Program-made: the position numbers and the translations under genes
Notes under the pieces: model-generated
Database searches by the model: none
Told to the model about the DNA's origin: nothing
What the model saw: only the letters and a program-made list of their open reading frames with translations
Part shown: piece after piece, positions 19,086 to 28,361 of the stretch
Numbering within the stretch: position 1 is the first letter of the stretch
Layout of the letters: every line of letters begins with the position of its first letter
DNA from: an uncultured Anaerolineales bacterium
Lineage (GTDB): Bacteria; Chloroflexota; Anaerolineae; B4-G1; SLSP01
Reading direction: 5' to 3'
Assembly: GCA_964508025.1 (NCBI GenBank)
Contig: CAZDSF010000004.1
Location: forward strand, 1,625 to 57,967
DNA: 56,343 nt

Positions 19086-19877
19086 TTACGCCTCGGTGTA
19101 CTTCTTCCGCTGAGAGAGGCTCTCTGCCCCGTAGCGCCGCCCGATAAAGATGACGGCCAGGATGACCGCCATGGTGACGATAGGCGCAACCAGTCCCTGC
19201 GCACCTGCGGTGGCGGCGTTGAAGGTGCCATGCCAGAGGAGCGTCGCCAGCACGCTGCCGCCAGTGCTGTTGTAGAGCCAGGTGAGCAACAGCGCGCCGG
19301 AGAGAATGCTGACCGTGAACGCCAGCACGCTGAAGGGCGAGAGTTCGTAGTTGTAGAAAAACGTGGGCGCGTGCCAGCCGGCCCACCAGAGACCCAAGAT
19401 GAGCGTTGCCGTGCGCGCGCTGTAACGCCGCTGCAAACGCGGCAGGGCAAAGCCGCGCCAGCCGGTCTCCTCGCCCAGCCCAAAGGTGAGAATCCAGACC
19501 GCCCAACCCGCCAGCCCGGCCAGCCCGGGCAGTTCGTCCACCCGCCCAAACGCGCTCAGCCCCACCGGGCTGCCGAACAGATTGGAGAGCAGCGCCGCCG
19601 CGGCAAAAAGCAGCAGCGGACTGCCGAGCGCCACCAGCCACCAGCCCCAGCCAATGCGCCAGCGCGTCATCTGCGCAAGCAGGCGGCGCGCCCCGTCCAG
19701 GCCCTCGAAGGCCAGCGCGGTGATGAACGCCGCCAGCAGCGGTCCATAGGCGCCGAGCAGATGCAGCCAAACCGGCAGGCCGCTCCATACGCCCTGGGGA
19801 AGAAAGTGAGTAACGGTTTGTTCATTTTGAATGCTCAAGATATAGACTGTCAATGGCAAAGTTGGCAAAGAGTGCAT
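19086..19877 (-). CDS. CPBP (Abi/CAAX) intramembrane endopeptidase, possibly 5'-damaged
   Basis: GEETGWRGFALPRLQ, WAGWHAP, LWHGTFN; start uncertain (see findings). Confidence 0.7.
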   Translation of the reverse strand: MHSLPTLPLTVYILSIQNEQTVTHFLPQGVWSGLPVWLHLLGAYGPLLAAFITALAFEGLDGARRLLAQMTRWRIGWGWWLVALGSPLLLFAAAALLSNLFGSPVGLSAFGRVDELPGLAGLAGWAVWILTFGLGEETGWRGFALPRLQRRYSARTATLILGLWWAGWHAPTFFYNYELSPFSVLAFTVSILSGALLLTWLYNSTGGSVLATLLWHGTFNAATAGAQGLVAPIVTMAVILAVIFIGRRYGAESLSQRKKYTEA

Positions 19878-19928
19878 CTTTGGCGCAAACGTTCACACAT
19901 TCCAAACACATCAAGGTAGGACAAGATA

Positions 19929-20492
19929 TTATCTTGTCATCCCTCTGTTAATGAGCAAAATCGCCGCACTCGCCACCACCCAAACCCACCACAGGTCGGC
20001 CTTGAGCGCAGGCGGCGTGGGTTCATCGGTCGGCTCAAAGGTGACCAGGGTGAAGCGTTCGCGTTCGGCGAGAAACTGTTCGGCCGTCATCTCGAAGCCG
20101 GCCAGTTTCATCATCCGGCGCATGGTGGGGTTCGATTGCGCCCAATCGAAGGCGCGCCGCAATTCCTCGTCCGAGTTGATGCGCCGGGCGCGCACAGAAG
20201 CCGCCCCGCGCCAGGTCTGCACGGTGGCGAGCGGATTGGCCTGCAGGTTGCGATACCAGTCGGTGCGCTCGCCCCAGCCGCTCATCACGGTCGGCTTGCC
20301 TTCAAATTCGTGAAACTCGATGGCGGTGCGGCGCGGCTTGCCGCTCTTGCGCCCGGTGGTGGTCAGCACCATAAACAGGCGGCCAACCAAAACGCCCAAC
20401 CCCAGCCGGTAGAGCAGGATGGGCGTCTTGAACAGGAGTTTTAAGAGACCTTTGGGGTAGGGCAGGGTCTCGACCCAGGTTTTTTCAGACAT
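19929..20492 (-). CDS. Deazaflavin (F420H2)-dependent nitroreductase-family oxidoreductase (Ddn-like) with a C-terminal hydrophobic tail
   Basis: LTTTGRKSGKPRRT, DWYRNLQANP. Confidence 0.85.
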   Translation of the reverse strand: MSEKTWVETLPYPKGLLKLLFKTPILLYRLGLGVLVGRLFMVLTTTGRKSGKPRRTAIEFHEFEGKPTVMSGWGERTDWYRNLQANPLATVQTWRGAASVRARRINSDEELRRAFDWAQSNPTMRRMMKLAGFEMTAEQFLAERERFTLVTFEPTDEPTPPALKADLWWVWVVASAAILLINRGMTR

Positions 20493-21273
20493 AAGAAAAG
20501 GACCTTTGGCCCGTCAAACGCGGCAGAAGAAGCGCCAGCAGCCCCAAGATGAGCAGCGGCAGGTGCATCACGCCCATCACAACCGTGTCGGGGTTGGCCC
20601 AGTGCGAAAGGTTGAACAAGCCATACAGCAGGGCGTTGAAAGCCGTCACCCGCAAGGCAAAGCCATCCACCTGCGGCCAGGCCAGAATGATGAGGAAGAG
20701 CAGCACAGGCGTCATAAAGCAGTAGGCCAGGCCGTAATCGGGCGAGGTGAGCAGCAGGAGCGGGTTGAAGTTGAAGGTCACCCGGCTCCCCTCAAAAGCA
20801 ATCGGCGACCAGAAGACGAGCAAAGCCAGCGGCAGCAGCGCCCAGCGCCAGCGCGGAATCTCCTTCCACGAGAGGCGCAGCCGGTCTTTCCAGGCCACCC
20901 ACAGCCAGAGCAGGCCGAGCAGCACATCGGCCACCAGCGCGCCGGTATGCACGGCAAAACCATACGAGGCGGTTTGCGCGCTGGTTTGCAGGGCGGCAAC
21001 GACCAGATAATTCAGGCCAAAATACAGGGCGATGGCGCGCCCGCCCAGGGCAGGCTTCCACAAGGCCAGGCCAATGGCCGCCAGCGTGCCGAGGTGGAAG
21101 ACCCAGCCCCAGGCCGCGTAGGGCGGGGTGGCAACCCTCAAAATCTCATTGATGACCGGCTGCGGCTGACGCGGGTCATAGGGCTGCTCGGTGTAGAGCG
21201 GCAAAAAAGAGATGATGAGCAGTGCCAAATACACCAGCGGATAGAACCATTTGCGAGATGTGGTGTTTTTCAT
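20485..21273 (-). CDS. Hypothetical multi-pass membrane protein
   Basis: Long hydrophobic ORF, GAGG RBS before the ATG at 21273, overlaps the next gene. Confidence 0.7.
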   Translation of the reverse strand: MKNTTSRKWFYPLVYLALLIISFLPLYTEQPYDPRQPQPVINEILRVATPPYAAWGWVFHLGTLAAIGLALWKPALGGRAIALYFGLNYLVVAALQTSAQTASYGFAVHTGALVADVLLGLLWLWVAWKDRLRLSWKEIPRWRWALLPLALLVFWSPIAFEGSRVTFNFNPLLLLTSPDYGLAYCFMTPVLLFLIILAWPQVDGFALRVTAFNALLYGLFNLSHWANPDTVVMGVMHLPLLILGLLALLLPRLTGQRSFSYV

Positions 21274-21605
21274 AAAGCCTCTCAATTCATTGTTATGATG
21301 GTCGCGGATGCGCAGCGAAGAAATCCCACAACACTGTTGAAATGCACTCCAACTAATGAATCTTTATCTAAGAAGAATGCCCACAGGTTGTTATGCAAGG
21401 CGCAACCCCTATTCGCAGTCTTTGGACATCCTTTCCATGCTAAAGCATTATAGCATGCAGTGTTTAACAGCAGGTTAAGCGAAGGTTAACAAAGCAACAT
21501 CGGTGGAACAGGTCACTACCTTTGCACTTTAATACAGGATTAAGTAGCGGGCGAAACTAAACCGAAATAGAGGTGACCAAACACACTTATATCGGAGGTG
21601 AGACC

Positions 21606-21885
21606 GTGCCCAAGCCGATTATATGCCTATCCGAGTAGTTACGCCAATTCGCAGAATATTTCCGTCCCTGCTTCAGCCGTCGCCAATGGTGGTACTTCGT
21701 GATCGTACTCCTTGGCCTGATCGAATACGAGGAACGCAAAACGTTAACTGGCTTACTGCACGTGATCGGTGAATCGGTGAGCCTTTCGAGATTGTCCCGG
21801 TTTCTGAACCAGTGGCGCTGGTCCACGACCACCCTCGCGCGCCCCTGGTGGATTCGTCTCTGTGAGCGGATGAGCGACTCGAACC
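21606..21885 (+). mobile_element. IS701-family transposase N-terminal remnant with a nonsense codon
   Basis: GGAGG RBS, then GTG MPKPIICLSE*LRQFAEYFRPCFSRRQWWYFVIVLLGLIEYEERKTLTGLL..LSRFL. Confidence 0.65.
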
Positions 21886-22026
21886 GTCAAATTGCCTGTT
21901 TTCAAGGGTTGTGCTACACTAATCTCGTGAGCGGCTGTCATATCGCCTTGAAAGTGTCAACGGCGTTGCCAACTCGGAACTCTCAACTCACAACTTTCAA
22001 CTATTCTTGGAGGAGGTACCAACATA

Positions 22027-22695
22027 ATGCCAAACCCGCGTTATACCCTCGCTATTCTTGGCGGCACGGGCAATGAAGGCCCTGGACTGGCGCTGCACTG
22101 GGCCAAAGCCGGGCACAAAGTCATCATCGGATCGCGCCAGGCAGAGAAGGGCGAGCGCGTTGCCGCCGAGATCAACGCCCGCCTGGGCGCGGAACTGGTT
22201 GTCGGCATGGCGAACGAGGATGCCGCTCGCGCCTGCGAGGTCGCCGTGCTGACCGTGCCCTACGCCGCGCAGAATCCGCTGCTGGAGAGCCTCAAGGATG
22301 CGCTCCAGGGCAAGGTGCTCGTCAACGTCACCGTGGCGATGTTGCCGCCCAAAGTCGCCCGCGTCCACATCCCGCCCGAAGGCTCCGCATGCGAGCAATC
22401 CCAGGCGCTGCTCGGCCCTGGCGTGCAGGTCGTGGCGGCATTCCAGAATGTGGGCGCGCACAACCTGGAGGATCCCGAGCACCCGCTGGATTGCGATGTG
22501 CTCATCTGCGGCGACAGCAAAGAAGCCAAAGCCATTGCCATCGGCCTGGCGGAAGACCTCGGCACGCGCGGCATTGATGCCGGCCCTCTGATCAACGCCA
22601 AAGTCGTAGAGGGCCTCACCTCAGTGCTCATCGGGATCAACATCCGCTACAAGATCCCCGGCGCAGGCATTCGCATCACCGGGCTGCCGGCCTGA
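22027..22695 (+). CDS. npdG: NADPH-dependent F420 reductase
   Basis: ILGGTGNEG.GLA, IGSRQ, VVAAFQNV, GIRITG C-terminus. Confidence 0.9.
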   Translation: MPNPRYTLAILGGTGNEGPGLALHWAKAGHKVIIGSRQAEKGERVAAEINARLGAELVVGMANEDAARACEVAVLTVPYAAQNPLLESLKDALQGKVLVNVTVAMLPPKVARVHIPPEGSACEQSQALLGPGVQVVAAFQNVGAHNLEDPEHPLDCDVLICGDSKEAKAIAIGLAEDLGTRGIDAGPLINAKVVEGLTSVLIGINIRYKIPGAGIRITGLPA

Positions 22696-22716
22696 GTTGC
22701 ACAAACCGAGAATCGC

Positions 22717-23484
22717 ATGGCGTTACCGGAAATCCGCCTTATCGCGCTCCCCGGCATTCCCGATATCGCACCGGGAGACGACCTCAGCGCTGTGATTCTG
22801 GCCGCACTGGAGCGCGCCGCCCTGCAATTGGAAGACGGCGATGTGGTGGTCATCACCCAGAAAATCGTCTCCAAAGCCGAGGGGCGCGCCGTACCGCTGG
22901 CCCAAGTCACGCCCTCGGCTGAAGCCGTCGCCCTGGCGCAAGCTACGGACAAAGACCCCCGGCTGGTCGAAGTCGTCCTCCGCGAGTCACGCGGGGTGAT
23001 TCGCCAGCGCGGCGGCGCGCTCATCATGGAAACCCGCCACGGCTGGATTTGCGCCAACGCCGGCGTGGATCGTTCCAACGTTGGCGCTGCAATGGAGGAC
23101 ATCGCCCTGCTGTTGCCCAAAGATCCCGACGCCTCCGCGCAGCAGATCCGTGAGGCGCTGGTCGCCGCTACTGGCGCGGATGTCGCCGTGCTCATCACCG
23201 ATACGCATGGGCGGCCCTGGCGCGAGGGTACCGTCAACGTCGCCATCGGCCTCGCCGGGATGCTGCCCCTCGCCGACCTGCGCGGGCAGCCCGACCGTTA
23301 CGGCTACATCCTGCGGATCACTATCGTTGCTCGCGCTGACGAGCTCGCGGCAGCAGCGGGATTGCTCATGGGCCAGGCGGCGGAAGGTGTGCCCGTCGTC
23401 CTCATTCGCGGCGCCGCATACCCGCGCGGCGCCGGTCGCGCCGTGGAGATGCAGCGCGCGCCGGAACGGGATCTGTTTCGCTGA
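22717..23484 (+). CDS. cofE: Coenzyme F420-0:L-glutamate ligase
   Basis: TQKIVSKAEGR, ICANAGVDRSN, LPKDPDASA, DTHGRPWREG, ADELAAAA. Confidence 0.92.
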   Translation: MALPEIRLIALPGIPDIAPGDDLSAVILAALERAALQLEDGDVVVITQKIVSKAEGRAVPLAQVTPSAEAVALAQATDKDPRLVEVVLRESRGVIRQRGGALIMETRHGWICANAGVDRSNVGAAMEDIALLLPKDPDASAQQIREALVAATGADVAVLITDTHGRPWREGTVNVAIGLAGMLPLADLRGQPDRYGYILRITIVARADELAAAAGLLMGQAAEGVPVVLIRGAAYPRGAGRAVEMQRAPERDLFR

Positions 23485-23502
23485 AAGCGCGCAGAGGAGC
23501 AA

Positions 23503-23610
23503 GGGAGATGGGGTGATGGGGAAATGGGGTGATGGGGTGATGGGGACGCCTCCATCCATTCGATTCCTCGCCAACACACCAATACGCTCATACGCCAACA
23601 CGGTAACACA
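23503..23610. repeat. Intergenic octamer arrays (TGGGGTGA-type, then CCAATACG-type)
   Basis: ~5 units of GGGGTGAT-like sequence at 23503-23547; degenerate CCAACACA/CCAATACG/CTCATACG/CCAACACG at 23571-23610. Confidence 0.7.
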
Positions 23611-23646
23611 GTTGCATACCAATCACATATCGCAAAGGAGACAATC

Positions 23647-24654
23647 ATGCCACAGACCGAAATACCACGAGTTGCTATGTACCTGCAAGATGCGCACCCC
23701 ATCCGTGAGGGGATGGAATACGCGCGCTACGCCGAGGAGCGCGGCTTCGAGGCCGTCTGGCAGGCGGAAAGCCGCCTCGTCCGCGACGCGATTGTGCCGA
23801 TGGCCGCCTTCGCCGCTGTGACCGAGCACCTCAAAGTCGGCTCCGGCGTCATCAACAACTGGACGCGCAACATCGGCCTCCTCGCCGCCACCTTCCTCAC
23901 GCTGGATGACCTGGCGCCCGACCGCGTCATCTGCGGCATCGGCGCGTGGTGGGATCCGCTGGCGCGCAACGTCGGGATCGAACGGCGCAAACCGCTCACC
24001 GCCATGCGCGAGACCGTCGAAGTGCTGCGTCGCTTGCTCGCCATGGAGAACGTCACCTTTCACGGCGAATTTCATCATGTAGACGGCATTGAACTCGATG
24101 TGGTGCACGGACGCCGCGAGCCGCGCAATGTCCCCATCATGATCGGCGCTACCGGCGACAAGATGATGGAACTGACCGGCGAGATCTCCGACGGCGCCGT
24201 GCTCAACTACTGCGTGCCGCCGGAGTACAATGACAAAGCCATGGAATTGCTCGACATCGGTGCGCGGCGCGCCGGGCGCAGCGTCTACGATCTCGACCGC
24301 CCGCAGCTCATCGTCTGCTCCGTCCACGACGACCGCGACGAGGCCATTCGCGGCGCGAAGATGCTGTTGACGCAATATCTGGCGCAGCAGCCGCACATCG
24401 CCAAAGCCAGCGGCGTGACGCAGGATGTAGTGGACAAGATCCAGAGTATCCTCGGTTGGCCTGCCACCAAAGAGCAGATCCAGCAGGCGATGGTTTATGT
24501 GCCCGATGATCTGGTGCTGCGCATCACCGCCACCGGTACACCCGCCGAAGTCATCGCCAAGGTGCAGGAATACATCAAACGCGGCGCCACCTGCCCCATC
24601 CTCTACCCCCTGGGCGATGTGAAGCTGATGATTGACACGTTTGCTACCAAGTAG
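23647..24654 (+). CDS. LLM-class (luciferase-like) F420/flavin-dependent oxidoreductase, Mer-like
   Basis: [45 protein letters not shown]. Confidence 0.85.
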   Translation: MPQTEIPRVAMYLQDAHPIREGMEYARYAEERGFEAVWQAESRLVRDAIVPMAAFAAVTEHLKVGSGVINNWTRNIGLLAATFLTLDDLAPDRVICGIGAWWDPLARNVGIERRKPLTAMRETVEVLRRLLAMENVTFHGEFHHVDGIELDVVHGRREPRNVPIMIGATGDKMMELTGEISDGAVLNYCVPPEYNDKAMELLDIGARRAGRSVYDLDRPQLIVCSVHDDRDEAIRGAKMLLTQYLAQQPHIAKASGVTQDVVDKIQSILGWPATKEQIQQAMVYVPDDLVLRITATGTPAEVIAKVQEYIKRGATCPILYPLGDVKLMIDTFATK

Positions 24655-24734
24655 CAGTCAGTAAGGCAGGAGTTACAAGTCAGGCTCGTGTTGATTATGA
24701 CGCCTGACTTTCAACTTCTGATCAGGGTATTCCT

Positions 24735-25808
24735 ATGGCAAATCTGACGACGCATCTCAGTGGACTTACGCTTGCACATCCGATTATGCCTGGCGCAGGG
24801 CCGCCGGTGCGCGATGGCAAGGCGCTGCTTGCGTGCGCGGCTGGCGGCGCAGCGGCGCTGGTGACGAAAACGGTCTCCGTGAAAGCCGCTGATGTCCCCA
24901 GCCCCAACATGGCGGATCTCAAAACCTATTTCCTCAACACGGAACTCTGGTCGGAGCTGCCGCCGGAGCGATGGTTGGAAGTGGAATACGCCCTCACCCG
25001 GCAAGCGGGACTGCCCGTCATCATCAGCCTGGGCTACAGCGCGGAGGACATCGCCGCGCTCGCGCCGCTGGTCGCGCCCTTCGCTGAAGCCCTCGAACTG
25101 AGCACGCACTACATCGGCAACGATCCGCGCCCAATGCAGGATGCCATCCGCGCGGCTAAAGCTACAGGCTTGCCCGTCTGGGTGAAGATGAGTCCCTTCC
25201 GCGAACCGCAGGCGTTGGCGCAAGCGGCGCAAGAGGCAGGCGCAGATGGCATCGTGGCAGTCAACTCCTACGGGCCAGCCTTCGGCGTGGATATCGAACA
25301 TGGCGGACGCCCCTGGATGGGCGGCAAGGGCTACGGCTGGATTTCCGGCCCAGCGCTCAAACCCATCGCGCTGCGCATGATCTACGATATTGCCCGCGCA
25401 GTGGAAATCCCCATCATCGGCGTGGGCGGCATCAGCGCCGGCGCCGATGTGGTGGAATTCCTCATGGCCGGCGCGACCGCCGTCCAGGTCTGCACCGCCG
25501 CCATCACCAACGGGCCGCAGATCTACGGGAGAATCGCCGCACAGTTGGAGAAATGGCTCGATGAGCACGGCTACACGTCGGTGGAGGAGATTCGCGGATT
25601 AGCGCTGCGGCAGCCCATCCCGGTGATGACCACGCCGCCGCAACTGCGCGTCGAACGCTGCATCGGCTGCAATCGCTGCGTGACCAGCTGCATCTACGAG
25701 GCGCTCTATCTGGTGGAGAAGAAGATCCACATCCACGAGGGCCGCTGCGCCAAATGCGGCCTGTGCATCAGCCGCTGCCCCGTGGACGCGCTGCTCCCTG
25801 ATCGTTGA
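24735..25808 (+). CDS. Dihydroorotate/dihydropyrimidine dehydrogenase (PreA-like) FMN protein with two C-terminal 4Fe-4S motifs
   Basis: AALVTKT, GWISGPALKPIAL, IIGVGGI, VQVCTA; CIGCNRCVTSC and CAKCGLCISRCP. Confidence 0.8.
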   Translation: MANLTTHLSGLTLAHPIMPGAGPPVRDGKALLACAAGGAAALVTKTVSVKAADVPSPNMADLKTYFLNTELWSELPPERWLEVEYALTRQAGLPVIISLGYSAEDIAALAPLVAPFAEALELSTHYIGNDPRPMQDAIRAAKATGLPVWVKMSPFREPQALAQAAQEAGADGIVAVNSYGPAFGVDIEHGGRPWMGGKGYGWISGPALKPIALRMIYDIARAVEIPIIGVGGISAGADVVEFLMAGATAVQVCTAAITNGPQIYGRIAAQLEKWLDEHGYTSVEEIRGLALRQPIPVMTTPPQLRVERCIGCNRCVTSCIYEALYLVEKKIHIHEGRCAKCGLCISRCPVDALLPDR

Positions 25809-25876
25809 CTGGGGACAGGAAACCGGAGCCCCAAGCCGCGCAGAAGCAAAACCGCACCCAGCAAGCAATCAGAAAC

Positions 25877-25914
25877 ACAAAGCCGAGTGTCGCAGCGACG
25901 ACACTCGGCTTTGT
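25877..25914. terminator. Perfect 16-bp stem-loop, likely terminator of the F420 operon
   Basis: ACAAAGCCGAGTGTCG-CAGCGA-CGACACTCGGCTTTGT. Confidence 0.75.
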
Positions 25915-25996
25915 ATAGATAGGTTTTGTTACTCAAGTAGTCGCAGTCGCCTATCATCATGCTCATAACGCCGGCAGTAAAAACCCCCCCTGCTAT

Positions 25997-26185
25997 GTGA
26001 ATGGCTTTGTGTATATCGCGCTCCATGTACATTTTGGCCCCTTCGGGTTCACCTTTGATACGCGCTTGTACTTGCGGGAAACCACCGTGCAGAAGTTGAA
26101 TCGCCAGCAGGCTGCCGGGACGCGGTTACGCTATTGCAGTCAATATCAGTTAGCGCAGGAAATGGTAAAGAGTGTTACCGAACCT
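25997..26185 (+). mobile_element. IS701-family transposase internal fragment
   Basis: VYIALHVHFGPFGFTFDTRLYLRETTVQKLNRQQ..RLRY..YQLAQEMV matches the recalled RLYLRE.TV..LNR segment of this family. Confidence 0.55.
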
Positions 26186-26214
26186 GCGGTACAGCCCCGT
26201 CAATGAAAACAAGC

Positions 26215-26674
26215 TGCCGTCCGCCTGGAACAACTGGCGCGCGGCACACGCCCGCTCGCCCGCCGCAGGAGTACGTCCAGGGCGCGGGTTTCTTCTACCT
26301 GGGGCGCAGCTACCGGCTCAAGCTGGTCGCGCCGGAAGCACTTCATCGCCTGGTACACCCTCCATGCGCGCCCGCAGTTAGATAGCCTCCTGGCCGCCTA
26401 TGCGGAGCGCATCGGGCGCCGCCCAACCGCCGTTCACATCCAGGACTTGGGCTACCGGTGGGGATCGGCGAATCGCCGGGGGCAGGTGTACTTCCACTGG
26501 CGCGTGGCCCTGCTCCCGCCGGAGATGCTCGAATACGTCGTGGTACACGAGTTGGTACATCTGGTGGAGCGCTATCACAGCCCGGACTTCTGGGCGCGGC
26601 TGGAGCGCGTCCTGCCGGACTACGCCGCCCGCCGGGAGTGGCTGGCGCAGGAGGGCGCGGCGTATGATGTGTGA
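26215..26674 (+). pseudogene. M48/YgjP (SprT-like, DUF45) metallopeptidase remnant
   Basis: Frameshifted pieces GFFYLGRSYRLKL, AWY..ARPQL, DLGYRWGS..FHWRV..LEYVVVHELVHL..HSPDFW. Confidence 0.75.
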
Positions 26675-26686
26675 TCCTGGCGCATT

Positions 26687-27607
26687 CTACTTGAACTGAA
26701 ACAGCAGCGCCACGCCGCCCAGGGCGATGATGGCGCCGATGATGGCGCGCGGGCTGATGCGTTCGCTGCGCAGCGCTGCCAGCGGCAGGATGAAGAGCTG
26801 GCTGGTGGCAAGCAGGGTTTGCGCGGTACCCACTTGCGCAAACTGGATGGCGACTTGTTGCAGCCAGACGCCCAGGTAAGTCCCCATGAAGACGGCGAGG
26901 ATGACGATGCCCCACAGTTTACCATCGTTGCGTCCGGCGTTGCGCCAACCACCCAGCGGGCGGCGATCCAGCGCCAGCCATACGAGCATCGTCAGCACGC
27001 CCGCAGCCAGCCGCAGGAGGGCGCTCATCAGCGCGCCGACGGGGGTCTGCGTGAGGGCAATGCGCGAGAGGATCGCCCCTACAGATTGCGCCAGCGCCGC
27101 GGCGATGCCGAATCCGATGCCCATCCACAGCGCTTTCGCAGCGACCGGCGCGGCATCGTGCGTGTGCTCGTGCTCGCTGATGACCCAGGCGACGCCGAGC
27201 ACGGTCAGGGCGATGCCGATCCAGGCGCCAGGGGGCAGCGTCTCGCCCAGGGCGATCCAGGCAATGATGGCCGTGAGCGGCGGCGCGAGGATGCCGATGA
27301 GCAACGTGCGTCGCACTCCCAGAGCTTTGAGCGCCTCGAAGTAAGCGGTATCCCCAAAGCCGATTCCAATCACGCCGCTGATGCCCAGCAGCATCACCGC
27401 GCGGGCATTCCAGGGCGCGCGCGCCTCCCCGGTGATGAGCAACGTTGCGGAGAGCAACACGATGGCGAGCACGCCTTTGATGAGATTGAGCTCGCGCGCG
27501 GGGATGCGTTCGCGGGCGCGGCTGTAGAAGAGCGCCGCCGCAGCCCAGAGCGCCGCCGCGGTCAGGGCAGCGAGTTCTCCGCCGAAGCGGGCGAGTAGCG
27601 CGCTCAA
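26687..27607 (-). CDS. DMT/EamA-family transporter
   Basis: Two ~140-aa hydrophobic repeats; GIGFGDTAYFEAL, GERISPRAIIG-type motifs. Confidence 0.88.
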   Translation of the reverse strand: MSALLARFGGELAALTAAALWAAAALFYSRARERIPARELNLIKGVLAIVLLSATLLITGEARAPWNARAVMLLGISGVIGIGFGDTAYFEALKALGVRRTLLIGILAPPLTAIIAWIALGETLPPGAWIGIALTVLGVAWVISEHEHTHDAAPVAAKALWMGIGFGIAAALAQSVGAILSRIALTQTPVGALMSALLRLAAGVLTMLVWLALDRRPLGGWRNAGRNDGKLWGIVILAVFMGTYLGVWLQQVAIQFAQVGTAQTLLATSQLFILPLAALRSERISPRAIIGAIIALGGVALLFQFK

Positions 27608-28341
27608 GCCGCAGCGTCCTCGCTGGAAGCGTCCGCTGGAAGCGGCGCAATCCAGAGCGCTGTGCGCGTGCAGCGGCGCGGCGCTTCTGCCAGTCCCAGG
27701 GCGTTGAGCACCTCATCGGGGCGCCCGGTGGCGCCGGCTTGCGCCTTCAAGCGCATCTCCAAGGCCGCAGTCCACGGCGCGGACGCGGGTTCGGCGCTGA
27801 GCGTCTCGATAAGCGCGCGCAGATCGTACTGCTGGCGGTGACGGCGCCCACGTTTGGCGCGCAGCACGCTTTCCTCGGCCGTTAGCGCGGCGCAGGCCGC
27901 TTCGACCACAGCGAAATCCACATCGCGCAGCAAGACGCGGTATGTCACGGCTTCCAGCTGCTCCGAGAGCGCCGGTGCGTCTTCGGGAACGGTCTCGACC
28001 GCTGTGACGCGCAGGTCGGGCGGCAACTGTCCCTCCAGCGCGGCGCGGATGGCGCTGCCATCGAGCGGCTCCGTAAGCCAGATGTCGAGCCATTCGGCCT
28101 CGCCGCCGCAGCCCGTGGGCAACGGCGCGGCGAATTGCATCTTGGGCCGCGGATTGAAGCCCTGGCTATAGCGCAATGGAATCCCGGCGCGGCGCAGCGC
28201 ACGTTCCCATAGCCGTCCCAAATCGAGCACGGAGACATACGCCAGCGTTTTGTTGGTGGCGAAGGTTAGCCGCACGCGGGGAGATGGGCGGGGGGACAGG
28301 GGGGGCAGGGGAGCTGGGGAGCTGGTTTGTTGATCACTCAT
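27604..28341 (-). CDS. Radical-SAM-linked protein (TIGR03936/DUF2344 family)
   Basis: YVSVLDL.RLWERALRRAGIPLRYSQGFNPRPKMQFAAPLP.G. Confidence 0.85.
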   Translation of the reverse strand: MSDQQTSSPAPLPPLSPRPSPRVRLTFATNKTLAYVSVLDLGRLWERALRRAGIPLRYSQGFNPRPKMQFAAPLPTGCGGEAEWLDIWLTEPLDGSAIRAALEGQLPPDLRVTAVETVPEDAPALSEQLEAVTYRVLLRDVDFAVVEAACAALTAEESVLRAKRGRRHRQQYDLRALIETLSAEPASAPWTAALEMRLKAQAGATGRPDEVLNALGLAEAPRRCTRTALWIAPLPADASSEDAAA

Positions 28342-28361
28342 GATTTGTTACCTGTTACTCA

